64,000 nt of DNA from Candidatus Doudnabacteria bacterium (lineage in GTDB: Bacteria; Patescibacteriota; Doudnabacteria; UBA920; O2-02-FULL-48-8). Positions 34,405-43,051 of the stretch are shown piece after piece. The notes beneath the pieces were generated by a model. That model was not told where the DNA came from, made no database searches, and saw only the letters and a list, made by a program, of their open reading frames with translations. The stretch covers positions 350,086-414,085 of the forward strand of contig JACPKU010000006.1 of the NCBI GenBank assembly GCA_016186915.1. Reading direction: 5' to 3'. How positions within the stretch are numbered: position 1 is the stretch's first letter; every line of letters starts with the position of its first letter. The translations under genes and the position numbers were made by a program.

Positions 34405-35808
34405 ATGAAATCATTTGATCTAATCGTAGTCGGAGGAGGCAGTGCCGGTTTTGTGGCGGCGTTCAAAGCCAAAGCAGCGAATTTAACTGTGGCTTTGGCA
34501 GAAAAACACAAGCTCGGCGGCGAGTGCCCCAACTACGCTTGCCTGCCGTCCAAGGCCATGCTGCGATCCGCGGAAGTTTTGCATTTGGCCGAGAATGCTG
34601 AAAAATTTGGCGTGAGAGTGAAGGAGGCGCACGCGACTTTACCGGAAATCGTTTCGTCCAAAGAGCCGATTATTCAAATGTTGACCGGCTCGCCTCGCCT
34701 GGAAAATGCCTTAAAGCGCAATGACGTGGCTTATCTTTTTGGCGAGGCTAAGTTTGTTGACGAACACACGGTTGAGGTGGCAGGCAGTAAATATCAAGCC
34801 AAACAATTTGTGATTGCTACTGGCTCGGATCCGTTTATTCCGCCGATTGAAGGATTGAAAGAAACTGGTTTTATTGACAGTATTGCGGCCAGTATGCTCA
34901 AAGTGCAGCCCAAACGAATCGCGATTATTGGCGGCGGGGCCGTGGGCAGCGAATATACCCAACTATTTACCCGTTTGCACACGCAAGTTTATCTTATCCA
35001 AAGAGGTGAGCGGATTTTGGATCGGGAAGACGAAGAAACCTCCAAGGTCATCACAGAATCGTTTACCTCTCAAGGCGTGAAAATTTTCACCAACACGGAT
35101 GTTATCAAAGCGGAAAAAGTTTCTGACGGCAAAAAGTTAACTCTCAAAACCAAAGACGGCCAGGAAGAGATTATCGTGGATGAAGTTTTGGTTGCACCTG
35201 GCCGCCGACCGGATCTGACCAAATTAAACTTGGAAGCAGCAGGCGTAAAGTTGGATGAAAAAGGTAAGTTGATCTTGGATGATTATTTACGCACCACCCA
35301 GTCGCACATTTGGGCAGCCGGGGATGTGGCTGGCCGCTACCTCTTCACTCACGTCGCGGCATACGAGGGCGATATCGTGGGCTGGAACCTCACCCACCCG
35401 GACCAACTCCGCAAACCCGATTATCGAGTCGTTCCTAGGGCTACTTTCACCCATCCGGAAATCGGCAGCGTGGGGTTAACGGAAAAAGAAGCTAAAGATA
35501 AGGGCCACGATGTAATTGCGACTGCTTATCCTTTGAAGGTGATGGGTCGGGGTTTGACTGTGCGAGAAGTCGAAGGTTTTATCAAACTCGTGGTGGAGCA
35601 AAAATCTGGTCAAATTTTAGGCGGGCACATGGTGGGGGCCCAAGCTGGCGAAGTGATTCATGAGATTGCGCTCGCCATGTTTGCAAATCTACCAGTACAG
35701 AAACTTGGCGAAATGATCCATGCCTTCCCCACCATGGCCGAGGCCGTGAGCTTTGTGACCGAACGAATGTTTTTCCAAATGACCAGAAACGTCGTTGATA
35801 AAAGTTAA
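34405..35808 (+). CDS. Class I pyridine nucleotide-disulfide oxidoreductase (MerA/RclA/Lpd-like)
   Basis: GGGSAG, GGECPNYACLPSK, GGGAVG, AAGDV, HAFPT; no C-terminal CC. Confidence 0.9.
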   Translation: MKSFDLIVVGGGSAGFVAAFKAKAANLTVALAEKHKLGGECPNYACLPSKAMLRSAEVLHLAENAEKFGVRVKEAHATLPEIVSSKEPIIQMLTGSPRLENALKRNDVAYLFGEAKFVDEHTVEVAGSKYQAKQFVIATGSDPFIPPIEGLKETGFIDSIAASMLKVQPKRIAIIGGGAVGSEYTQLFTRLHTQVYLIQRGERILDREDEETSKVITESFTSQGVKIFTNTDVIKAEKVSDGKKLTLKTKDGQEEIIVDEVLVAPGRRPDLTKLNLEAAGVKLDEKGKLILDDYLRTTQSHIWAAGDVAGRYLFTHVAAYEGDIVGWNLTHPDQLRKPDYRVVPRATFTHPEIGSVGLTEKEAKDKGHDVIATAYPLKVMGRGLTVREVEGFIKLVVEQKSGQILGGHMVGAQAGEVIHEIALAMFANLPVQKLGEMIHAFPTMAEAVSFVTERMFFQMTRNVVDKS

Positions 35809-35817
35809 AATTTAAGA

Positions 35818-35907
35818 CCCGCCTTCGCTAAAGCTTCTGCCTTCGTTTCCGCCGTCGTTAAAACTATGGCGGACAAGAAAACTTCGGCAGACAAGTCGGC
35901 GGGCAAG
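35818..35907 (+). repeat. Triple-nested 30-nt palindromic elements
   Basis: 90 nt resolves into three 30-nt units, each inserted in the previous one. Confidence 0.9.
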
Positions 35908-35919
35908 AAGGAAAAAATA

Positions 35920-36069
35920 ATGAATTTAACCAAAGAACAACTTGAGTTGTTGCTTAAAGAAACTTCAACAGAGCACGGGAAATATGAAAAAACTATTGGA
36001 CATTACGATGACGACTGGCCCGCTTGGTACGCGGAGTATATGATTAAAAAAATTATGGAATTATTATGA
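35920..36069 (+). CDS. Small hypothetical protein (49 aa)
   Basis: MNLTKEQLELLLKET..HGKYEK..DDDWPAWYAEY; the longer N-terminus in the ORF track is repeat-derived. Confidence 0.65.
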   Translation: MNLTKEQLELLLKETSTEHGKYEKTIGHYDDDWPAWYAEYMIKKIMELL

Positions 36070-36650
36070 CTAAACGAAAACTTTTTATACCAGTTTTGCT
36101 TGGCACTTCCAGACAAGGCCGCGAAAGCGAAAAGGTCGCCAAACTTATTTACGACCACATCAGCAAAAGCCCTGAGATAGAAACTCAGTTGTTCGATCCA
36201 CGCGTTATGCACTTGCCGCAAGATGACGAAGATGGCGGCATTAAAGAACAAAACAAAGAGTGGAAAGACGCTATTATCCGCGCTGATGGATTGATCATAG
36301 TTACACCCGAATACAACCATGCCTTTCCCGGAAGCTTAAAACGGGCTTTGGATCTGCTCCTCCCTGAATACATCCACAAAGCCGTAGGCTTGGTGGGAGT
36401 AAGCGCTGGCGGCTGGGGTGGTGTGCGAGCCGTAGAACATTTGGTGCAAGTGGTTCGTGAGTTAGGACTGGCTGTGACTTTCTCAGATCTTTATTTTCCT
36501 AAAGTCCAAGATGCCTTCGATGACCAAGGCAAACCAAAAGACGAAAAAGTTTATAAACGAATTGATGATTTTATGACTGAATTAATCTGGATGGCCAAGG
36601 CTCTCAAATGGGGACGGGAAAACCTGCCCAGTAAGTATCACAAAAAATAA
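36066..36650 (+). CDS. NADPH-dependent FMN reductase, second paralogue
   Basis: GTSRQGR, TPEYNH, GSLKRALD, GGVRAVEHL. Confidence 0.92.
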   Translation: MTKRKLFIPVLLGTSRQGRESEKVAKLIYDHISKSPEIETQLFDPRVMHLPQDDEDGGIKEQNKEWKDAIIRADGLIIVTPEYNHAFPGSLKRALDLLLPEYIHKAVGLVGVSAGGWGGVRAVEHLVQVVRELGLAVTFSDLYFPKVQDAFDDQGKPKDEKVYKRIDDFMTELIWMAKALKWGRENLPSKYHKK

Positions 36651-36672
36651 CCGAGTATTCTTTTAATTACCC

Positions 36673-36701
36673 TTGACATATACCCCTAGGGGGTATATGA
36701 T
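36673..36701 (+). promoter_or_regulatory. Promoter with CsoR operator
   Basis: TTGACA-N17-TATGAT with the IR CATATACCCC-TAG-GGGGTATATG in the spacer. Confidence 0.85.
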
Positions 36702-36710
36702 ATCTTTGTT

Positions 36711-36977
36711 ATGAAAAAAGATATTAAGAACAAAGCTATCAAACGGCTTAAAATTTTAGAAGGGCAGATCAGAGGCCTGCAGAAGATGGTCATAGATGAG
36801 AAGTATTGTATTGATATTATTACTCAATCTTTAGCGGCCAAGCAAGCGCTTTCCGGGTTTGAGGATTTGATCTTGGGCAATCACCTATCAACTCATGTTG
36901 TAGACCAAATCAAATCCGGTAAAAGCGCCAAAGCAACCAAAGAGCTTTTAAGATTATATAAACTATCCAAAAAATAA
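36711..36977 (+). CDS. csoR: CsoR/RcnR metal-sensing repressor
   Basis: RLKILEGQIRGLQKM..YCIDIITQ..HLSTHV. Confidence 0.88.
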   Translation: MKKDIKNKAIKRLKILEGQIRGLQKMVIDEKYCIDIITQSLAAKQALSGFEDLILGNHLSTHVVDQIKSGKSAKATKELLRLYKLSKK

Positions 36978-36979
36978 TT

Positions 36980-39118
36980 ATGACCCGACAATTTTATACT
37001 TGCCCGATGCATCCTGAAATAAAAAAGGAACATCCTGGCCTATGTCCTGAATGTGGTATGAATCTTATTCCAGTAGAAACAGAGCCGTCTCACCAAGAGC
37101 ATGGTAATCAGGACAAACATCAAGGACATAGTACCAACATATTCAAAATGAAATTTTGGGTAAGTTTTATTTTAAGTATCCCGACAGTAATGTACTCTAG
37201 TATTACACAAACTTTGCTTGATTGGCAGGCTCCAGTTTTTCCAGGTTCTGAATTTATCCCCTTTGTGCTAGGCTCAATCGTTTTCTTTTATGGCGGCTGG
37301 ATATTCATAGCCAGTGCTTTCAGAGAACTGCGAGCTCGCCTCCCCGGCATGATGACTCTGATCAGCTTGGCTATAAGTACAGCGTACTTTTATAGTGTTT
37401 TTGTGGTTTTGTCAGGAAAAGGCCAGGATCTGTTTTGGGAATTAACGACCCTGATAGTTGTCATGTTGCTGGGGCATTGGATTGAGATGCGTGCGGTAAG
37501 TGGCGCCCAAAGCGCTCTAAAAGAACTATCCAAACTTTTGCCCGATAAAGCGGAAGTGATCAGAGGAAACAAGACTGAGGTTGTTTCAATTGAGGAAATA
37601 AAAGAAGGTGATTTGGTTCTAATCAAACCGGGAGGCAAAATTCCAACAGACGGTGTCGTAGCAGAAGGCAATTCTGACGTTAATGAATCCTTGGCAACCG
37701 GCGAATCCAAGCCAGTTATCAAAAAGATTGCCAGTGAAGTCATTGCCGGCACGATCAACGGCGACGGATCGTTAAAAGTTAAAGTTACCAAAATCGGCGA
37801 GAAAACTTTTCTGGCGGGCGTGATGAGATTGGTGGCTGAAGCGCAGTCTTCTAAATCGCGTTTGCAGCTGCTTTCTGACCGAGCTGCGTTCTACCTTACA
37901 ACAATCGCGGTTGTAACCGGCGGCGTTACCTTTGCCTCTTGGCTGGCTGCATCCAGTCCGGATTATGCCATAGAGCGCATGGTAGCAGTCCTGGTGATTG
38001 CTTGTCCTCATGCTTTGGGTCTGGCGATTCCCCTAGTTGCTTCCATTTCTACGACCAAGGCAGCCAAGAACGGCCTGTTAATCAAACAAAGAATGGCTTT
38101 GGAGGCTGCCCGAAAAATAGATATAGTTTTGTTTGATAAAACCGGCACACTTACTAAAGGCGAATTCGGTGTGGATACTATTGTCCCCTCTCCGGGCATT
38201 AATGAAGAAACAGTATTGAACCTGGCGGCTTCTGTAAACAGTCATTCCGAGCACCCGATTGGCAAAGCTATTGTAAGATCGGCCAAAAATAAAAAAATCA
38301 CTCTGAAGAGTGTAGAAAAATTTGAAAGAATCGCAGGCCTGGGCGCCCAAGGCGAAGTTGATGGGCAAAAAGTATATGTCGGCAGCCCTTCTTTGCTCGA
38401 GGAGTTAAAGGTAGAAATTGAATCTTCACTTAAACCTAAGCTTGAGGAATTATCTGGGCAGGGAAAAACAGTCATTCACGTGGTTGTAGGAACCAAGCTG
38501 GCTGGTAGCATTGCTCTAAGTGATATTATCCGTGAAGAATCAAGAGAGGCCATAACCCGGTTAAAACAGGCCGGGATAAAATCAGCCATGATTACAGGCG
38601 ATTCAGATGACGTGGCCAAATGGGTAGCTGAAGAATTGGGTATTGATATTTATTTTGCGCGAGTACTGCCGGAAGACAAAGCTAAGATTGTCAAGCAACT
38701 GCAAGAGGGGGAGTTTAGAAATTCGAAATTAGAAATTAGAAATTCCAGCCGAAGGCTGGCTGTAGCCATGGTCGGTGATGGTATTAATGATGCGCCAGCG
38801 CTTACCCAGGCTGATTTGGGGATTGCCATAGGCGCTGGCACCAATGTCGCCATCGAGTCGGCAGGGATCATTTTGGTGAAAAGCGATCCTAGAGACATTG
38901 CAAAAATTATGAGACTGTCAAAAATGACTTATAATAAAATGATCCAAAATCTCTTTTGGGCAGCCGGATACAATGTGGTGGCCATTCCTTTAGCTGCCGG
39001 GGTTTTGGCCTGGAAAGGAATTATCCTCCAGCCGGCAGTGGCGGCTGTGTTTATGTCACTGTCTACTATTATTGTGGCGTTTAATGCTGTCTTGTTAAAA
39101 CGTCGTTCTTTGTCTTAG
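36980..39118 (+). CDS. copB: Copper-translocating P1B-3 ATPase
   Basis: YTCPMHP..CPECGM N-terminus, TGES, CPH, DKTGT, GDGINDAP, YN and MSLS. Confidence 0.92.
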   Translation: MTRQFYTCPMHPEIKKEHPGLCPECGMNLIPVETEPSHQEHGNQDKHQGHSTNIFKMKFWVSFILSIPTVMYSSITQTLLDWQAPVFPGSEFIPFVLGSIVFFYGGWIFIASAFRELRARLPGMMTLISLAISTAYFYSVFVVLSGKGQDLFWELTTLIVVMLLGHWIEMRAVSGAQSALKELSKLLPDKAEVIRGNKTEVVSIEEIKEGDLVLIKPGGKIPTDGVVAEGNSDVNESLATGESKPVIKKIASEVIAGTINGDGSLKVKVTKIGEKTFLAGVMRLVAEAQSSKSRLQLLSDRAAFYLTTIAVVTGGVTFASWLAASSPDYAIERMVAVLVIACPHALGLAIPLVASISTTKAAKNGLLIKQRMALEAARKIDIVLFDKTGTLTKGEFGVDTIVPSPGINEETVLNLAASVNSHSEHPIGKAIVRSAKNKKITLKSVEKFERIAGLGAQGEVDGQKVYVGSPSLLEELKVEIESSLKPKLEELSGQGKTVIHVVVGTKLAGSIALSDIIREESREAITRLKQAGIKSAMITGDSDDVAKWVAEELGIDIYFARVLPEDKAKIVKQLQEGEFRNSKLEIRNSSRRLAVAMVGDGINDAPALTQADLGIAIGAGTNVAIESAGIILVKSDPRDIAKIMRLSKMTYNKMIQNLFWAAGYNVVAIPLAAGVLAWKGIILQPAVAAVFMSLSTIIVAFNAVLLKRRSLS

Positions 39119-39129
39119 TATGTCTTAGT

Positions 39130-39630
39130 ATGAAAAAATATATAAACACTTTCGTCTGGTTGCTGTTATTAGGAGCCTTGCTGGTTAGTATTATTTATAT
39201 GGCGAGGAATACGAAAACTGATAATGATTCGGCTGTTATGGATGGAAACGAATTCCTTGATGTGTCTGAAGTTTCTTATGATTTTGGAACAGTGTCTATG
39301 AGTGATGGAGATGTGGTGCATGAGTTCACAATAACAAACAGCCAGGTGGAAGCCATAGAGATAGCAAAAATTTATACTTCTTGCATGTGTACTGATGCCT
39401 TTTTTGTTCAAGAAGGTTTGCGTAAAGGGCCATATAGTATGCCGGGGCATGGGGCTATTCCAAAGGTTGAAGAAATACTGGAACCAGGAGAGAAAGCCAT
39501 AATAGAAGTCGTATTTGACCCAACAGCTCATGGGCCCGCGGGGATTGGATTGATTGATAGAAGCGTTTTTGTAGAAACTGAAAAAGGTGCGTCTGTGGAA
39601 CTAAGAATTAACGGGAATGTAACTCCTTAA
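39130..39630 (+). CDS. DUF1573-like Ig-fold protein
   Basis: YDFGTV, TSCMCT, LEPGE, FDPTAHGPAG. Confidence 0.8.
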   Translation: MKKYINTFVWLLLLGALLVSIIYMARNTKTDNDSAVMDGNEFLDVSEVSYDFGTVSMSDGDVVHEFTITNSQVEAIEIAKIYTSCMCTDAFFVQEGLRKGPYSMPGHGAIPKVEEILEPGEKAIIEVVFDPTAHGPAGIGLIDRSVFVETEKGASVELRINGNVTP

Positions 39631-39640
39631 ACCTAATGAA

Positions 39641-39758
39641 TCCCGTTAGAAATAGTCAAACCAAATACTAAAACATGATTAAGATCTTATTAAAAAAAAT
39701 ATATTATTTAATAATTAATGCGTTGTTAATAACAAGCGCAAACGATTTCTAAACGGGA
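39641..39758 (+). mobile_element. MITE, copy 2 (TIR TCCCGTTAGAAAT, TGAA duplication)
   Basis: IR with a 1-nt insertion in the right arm; TGAA at 39637-39640 and 39759-39762. Confidence 0.7.
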
Positions 39759-40540
39759 TGAAGAAAAAGCTTATTATTTTATTGTTTCTCTCTGCATTTA
39801 TTGCAGTGGCTTATTTATTCTTGCGATTCGGAAATTCCAGCACCGGTCTAATTTGGAATTTAAGCAAGGAAGGAACTTGGCTGCTACCATTGGTTGTAGT
39901 CTCGGGATTCCTGGACAGTATTGGTCCTTGTTCTTTTGCGGTTTTGCTCCTGACAATTGCCTTTCTTTTTAGTATTGGCGAACTACGCTCATCAATACTA
40001 AAGATAGGTCTGGCGTATATCGTGGGAATTTTTGTGGCGTATCTTTTGATTGGTCTGGGGTTATTGCAAGCTTTGCATATTTTTAATGTTCCTCATTTTA
40101 TGGCCAAGCTTGGGGCGGGTTTATTAATCATTTTAGGGTTAATAAATCTATTGAATTGGTATTTGCCAAAATTTCCTCTTAAACTTGGCATTCCCAATGT
40201 TGCTCATCACAAAATGGCCGTGCTAATGGAAAAAGCATCAATTCCGACAGCTTTCCTGCTGGGAGGATTGGTCGGACTGTGTGAGTTTCCTTGCACAGGA
40301 GGCCCTTATTTACTGGTTCTAGGATTACTTCACGACCAAGCGACTTACTTAAAAGGTGTCTGGTATCTCCTGCTTTATAATCTAATTTTTGTCTTTCCTC
40401 TAATTATCGTCCTGCTGATTGCCAGTGAAAAAAGCCTGGTTGATAAATTTCAAACTTGGCATGAGAATAAAAAGGCGGACATGCGCCTATATGGTAGTAT
40501 CGCCATGATAGTTTTGGGAATTATTATTTTTCTGTTCTAA
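39758..40540 (+). CDS. CcdA/DsbD-like membrane protein
   Basis: DSIGPCSFAVL and EFPCTGGPY. Confidence 0.85.
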   Translation: MKKKLIILLFLSAFIAVAYLFLRFGNSSTGLIWNLSKEGTWLLPLVVVSGFLDSIGPCSFAVLLLTIAFLFSIGELRSSILKIGLAYIVGIFVAYLLIGLGLLQALHIFNVPHFMAKLGAGLLIILGLINLLNWYLPKFPLKLGIPNVAHHKMAVLMEKASIPTAFLLGGLVGLCEFPCTGGPYLLVLGLLHDQATYLKGVWYLLLYNLIFVFPLIIVLLIASEKSLVDKFQTWHENKKADMRLYGSIAMIVLGIIIFLF

Positions 40541-40546
40541 AATATT

Positions 40547-40987
40547 ATGCAGATGTTAATTGCCCTAAGTTTAATTGCATTTATCACAATCTCCATATCC
40601 TTGTTAAATAAATTTTGGCAGTATCGAGTTTGTGCTATTTGTGCGGGAGTAAGCTTAACTTGGATTTTGTTTCTCCTCACTGGATTGTTTGGATATCAGA
40701 TCAACTGGTTTATTCCCGCTATATTGATGGGAGGATCTGTGGTCGGAATAACTTACTGGTTGGAAAAACATTTAGCACCAAGGCAACTAAATTTATTTGC
40801 AAAAACCCTGTTAATTTTGATGGGATTTTATGCTGCATATGAAATAATACAACAAAGTTGGTATCCAGCAATTATTGCCGCAGTTATTTTTCTAATAATA
40901 ATTATTTATTACTTACGATTTTCTTCAAAACAACAAAGCACCAAAACTATTCAAGATTTAGAAAAAAAAATGGACGACTGCTGCTAA
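40547..40987 (+). CDS. Membrane protein with CxxC and a C-terminal CC
   Basis: VCAICAGV, LMGGSVVG, KKMDDCC. Confidence 0.75.
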   Translation: MQMLIALSLIAFITISISLLNKFWQYRVCAICAGVSLTWILFLLTGLFGYQINWFIPAILMGGSVVGITYWLEKHLAPRQLNLFAKTLLILMGFYAAYEIIQQSWYPAIIAAVIFLIIIIYYLRFSSKQQSTKTIQDLEKKMDDCC

Positions 40988-41027
40988 AATTTGTTATACT
41001 AACAATAATCAAGAAAAAAGGGAATTT

Positions 41028-41264
41028 ATGAAAAAATTACTTTATATAGGCATGCTTGGGATGCTCGGCCTGCCACTTACTGTTTCAGCCCATATAGACA
41101 GCGTGGATTCGCATACAGACGAAGGTATGGGATACTGGCCAGGAATGGGCCATATGTTTGGATCAGGGGCTTTTTCTTGGTTTGGCTATTTGATGGCAAT
41201 TATTTGGCTAGTTATTGGGGTTCTCGTAATCATTTGGTTGTGGCAAAAAATTAATAAAAAATAA
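41028..41264 (+). CDS. Small His/Met-rich membrane protein
   Basis: Signal-like N-terminus, H/M/G-rich linker, C-terminal TM. Confidence 0.65.
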   Translation: MKKLLYIGMLGMLGLPLTVSAHIDSVDSHTDEGMGYWPGMGHMFGSGAFSWFGYLMAIIWLVIGVLVIIWLWQKINKK

Positions 41265-41278
41265 TAAGGAAAAATTAT

Positions 41279-41785
41279 ATGAAACAGGTATTACTAATCT
41301 TAGTTGTAGTTGTTATTATTTTAGGGGTCGGGGTTATCCTCTTTCTCACTGCCAACGAATCGCCCCAAGACTTGCCTCCGTTAGGTGAAGCAATCGAAAT
41401 TCAGGGAGCCAATCATATCGCGGAAGGCGCCGCCCACGAAGAGTATAATTCCAACCCCCCAACCTCTGGTTCGCATTACGCTCAAGCTGCAGCCTGGGGA
41501 TTTTATGACGAACAGCTCCCCGATGAGCAACTAATTCACAGTCTTGAACATGGCGGGATTTGGATTTCATACAAAGATGTTGACGACCAGGTTAAGGAAA
41601 GATTGGAACTGATAGCCAGAAGAAACAGCGGCAGCGTGATTGTTACTCTTAGGCCGGAAAATGATACGAAAATAAGTCTGGCTTCCTGGGGCAGACTGGA
41701 AAACTTGGAGGGGCTGGATGAAGAGAAAATAAACAACTTTATCCGAGCCAATAAAAATAAATCCCCAGAACCAATTGCCCGTTAA
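41279..41785 (+). CDS. DUF3105 family protein
   Basis: YNSNPPTSGSH, HSLEHGGIWISY, ASWG. Confidence 0.85.
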   Translation: MKQVLLILVVVVIILGVGVILFLTANESPQDLPPLGEAIEIQGANHIAEGAAHEEYNSNPPTSGSHYAQAAAWGFYDEQLPDEQLIHSLEHGGIWISYKDVDDQVKERLELIARRNSGSVIVTLRPENDTKISLASWGRLENLEGLDEEKINNFIRANKNKSPEPIAR

Positions 41786-42099
41786 GTAGAATAGAAATGC
41801 CAAATATAATAAACGAAGATAACCAAAAATCCTATTACAGTAAACCAAGCCAAACTGGCTAAGCTTTTTCTTATCTTTCCAGTAGAAACATTTTTGGTAG
41901 TTAAATAAATAAAGGCTAAGATAACCAAATATACCACCATCACGAGTATACTTTTCGTGGTCCAGTGGTGTCCGGACAGACCTGCTAAACTCGCCTTAAG
42001 CCCCGATGATCGTTCGCTCCAGATAGTAACAACAGTGGCAAACAGTACTGCAGCAGTAGAAGCCAAAGAAGAAGCATAAACCATTTTCAGCTTGTTCAT
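41782..42099 (-). CDS. 3-TM hypothetical protein
   Basis: GHHWTTKS motif, hydrophobic. Confidence 0.7.
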   Translation of the reverse strand: MNKLKMVYASSLASTAAVLFATVVTIWSERSSGLKASLAGLSGHHWTTKSILVMVVYLVILAFIYLTTKNVSTGKIRKSLASLAWFTVIGFLVIFVYYIWHFYST

Positions 42100-42102
42100 A
42101 AT

Positions 42103-42573
42103 TTAGGCCCACCTAGCTGACGCGGAGATGATAAATCCCATCGCACCGATTAATAAGCTAATACTGGCTGTTAAAATCGTCAGCACCATAAATAATTTAC
42201 GAAGGTTATAATTTTTCAGATCGTCCACAGAAAGCAGGCTTAAAAATACTAAAGTTAGAGCAAGGGGCACAACGAATAAAAACACATGCTCTTTGGTCTC
42301 CATAAATATTGAATGCGCCCAAGGAGCTGAACTTGCTTTGATAATCGGCTTAACCAATACGCCATAAAATTTGACGTAGTAAAAGCCGCCGATCAACCAG
42401 CTCAAAACAAAACTTACTAGAGATCCGATCGCCGCAATTTTTATTCTTTTGTTGGTCCTGACATTGGCCACCAATTCGCCCAAAAGCCAGATCGTAAAAT
42501 CAATGCCTAAAATCGCAAACCCCAGATGTAGCCCTACTAATACAGGTTTATTAGCAAGAATTGTTGATAACAT
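42103..42573 (-). CDS. 4-TM hypothetical protein
   Basis: GLHLG, YYVKFYG..VKP, PWAHSIFMETKEH. Confidence 0.75.
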   Translation of the reverse strand: MLSTILANKPVLVGLHLGFAILGIDFTIWLLGELVANVRTNKRIKIAAIGSLVSFVLSWLIGGFYYVKFYGVLVKPIIKASSAPWAHSIFMETKEHVFLFVVPLALTLVFLSLLSVDDLKNYNLRKLFMVLTILTASISLLIGAMGFIISASARWA

Positions 42574-42619
42574 ATTTGTATTTATTATATCTGAGAAGAA
42601 TGATATAATCTAGCTGGTG

Positions 42620-43051
42620 ATGAACTGGATTAAACATAATATTATATATCTAGCCTGGGCTACGGCTGTGATAGGCCTGCTTAGCAGCCTATATTTTAGC
42701 TTAGTCAAGGATTTTTTCCCTTGCGACTTATGCTGGTATCAAAGAGTGCTGCTTTATCCCCTCGTAATCGTTCTGACGGTTGGTATCCTCACTTGGGATA
42801 AAAAATTACACCTATACGTCCTGCCTTTTACCGTCATCGGCATAATTATTGCGGGTTATCATTATCTGCTGCAGATGAACGTGTTTGCGCAAAACATAAT
42901 CCCCTGCCAAATCGGCATCCCTTGTGAGACAATTTATTTCAAGCTGTTCGGCTTTATCACGATTCCGTTTTTATCATTAATAGCTTTTGTTTTTATCACC
43001 GTTAGTGTCTTGATTTATAAAAAAGCTAGTGGAGAAAACATCAATGAGTAG
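42620..43051 (+). CDS. dsbB: Disulfide bond formation protein DsbB/BdbC
   Basis: PCDLCWYQR and a second Cys pair (PCQIGIPC). Confidence 0.92.
   Translation: MNWIKHNIIYLAWATAVIGLLSSLYFSLVKDFFPCDLCWYQRVLLYPLVIVLTVGILTWDKKLHLYVLPFTVIGIIIAGYHYLLQMNVFAQNIIPCQIGIPCETIYFKLFGFITIPFLSLIAFVFITVSVLIYKKASGENINE

Noticed and set aside
34405-35808. Calling the reductase merA or lpdA
   Set aside because: It lacks the MerA C-terminal CC and has no 2-oxoacid dehydrogenase context.
39111-39130. 10-nt tandem duplication TGTCTTAGTA at the copB stop
   Set aside because: Real but probably a local slippage or assembly artefact with no coding effect.
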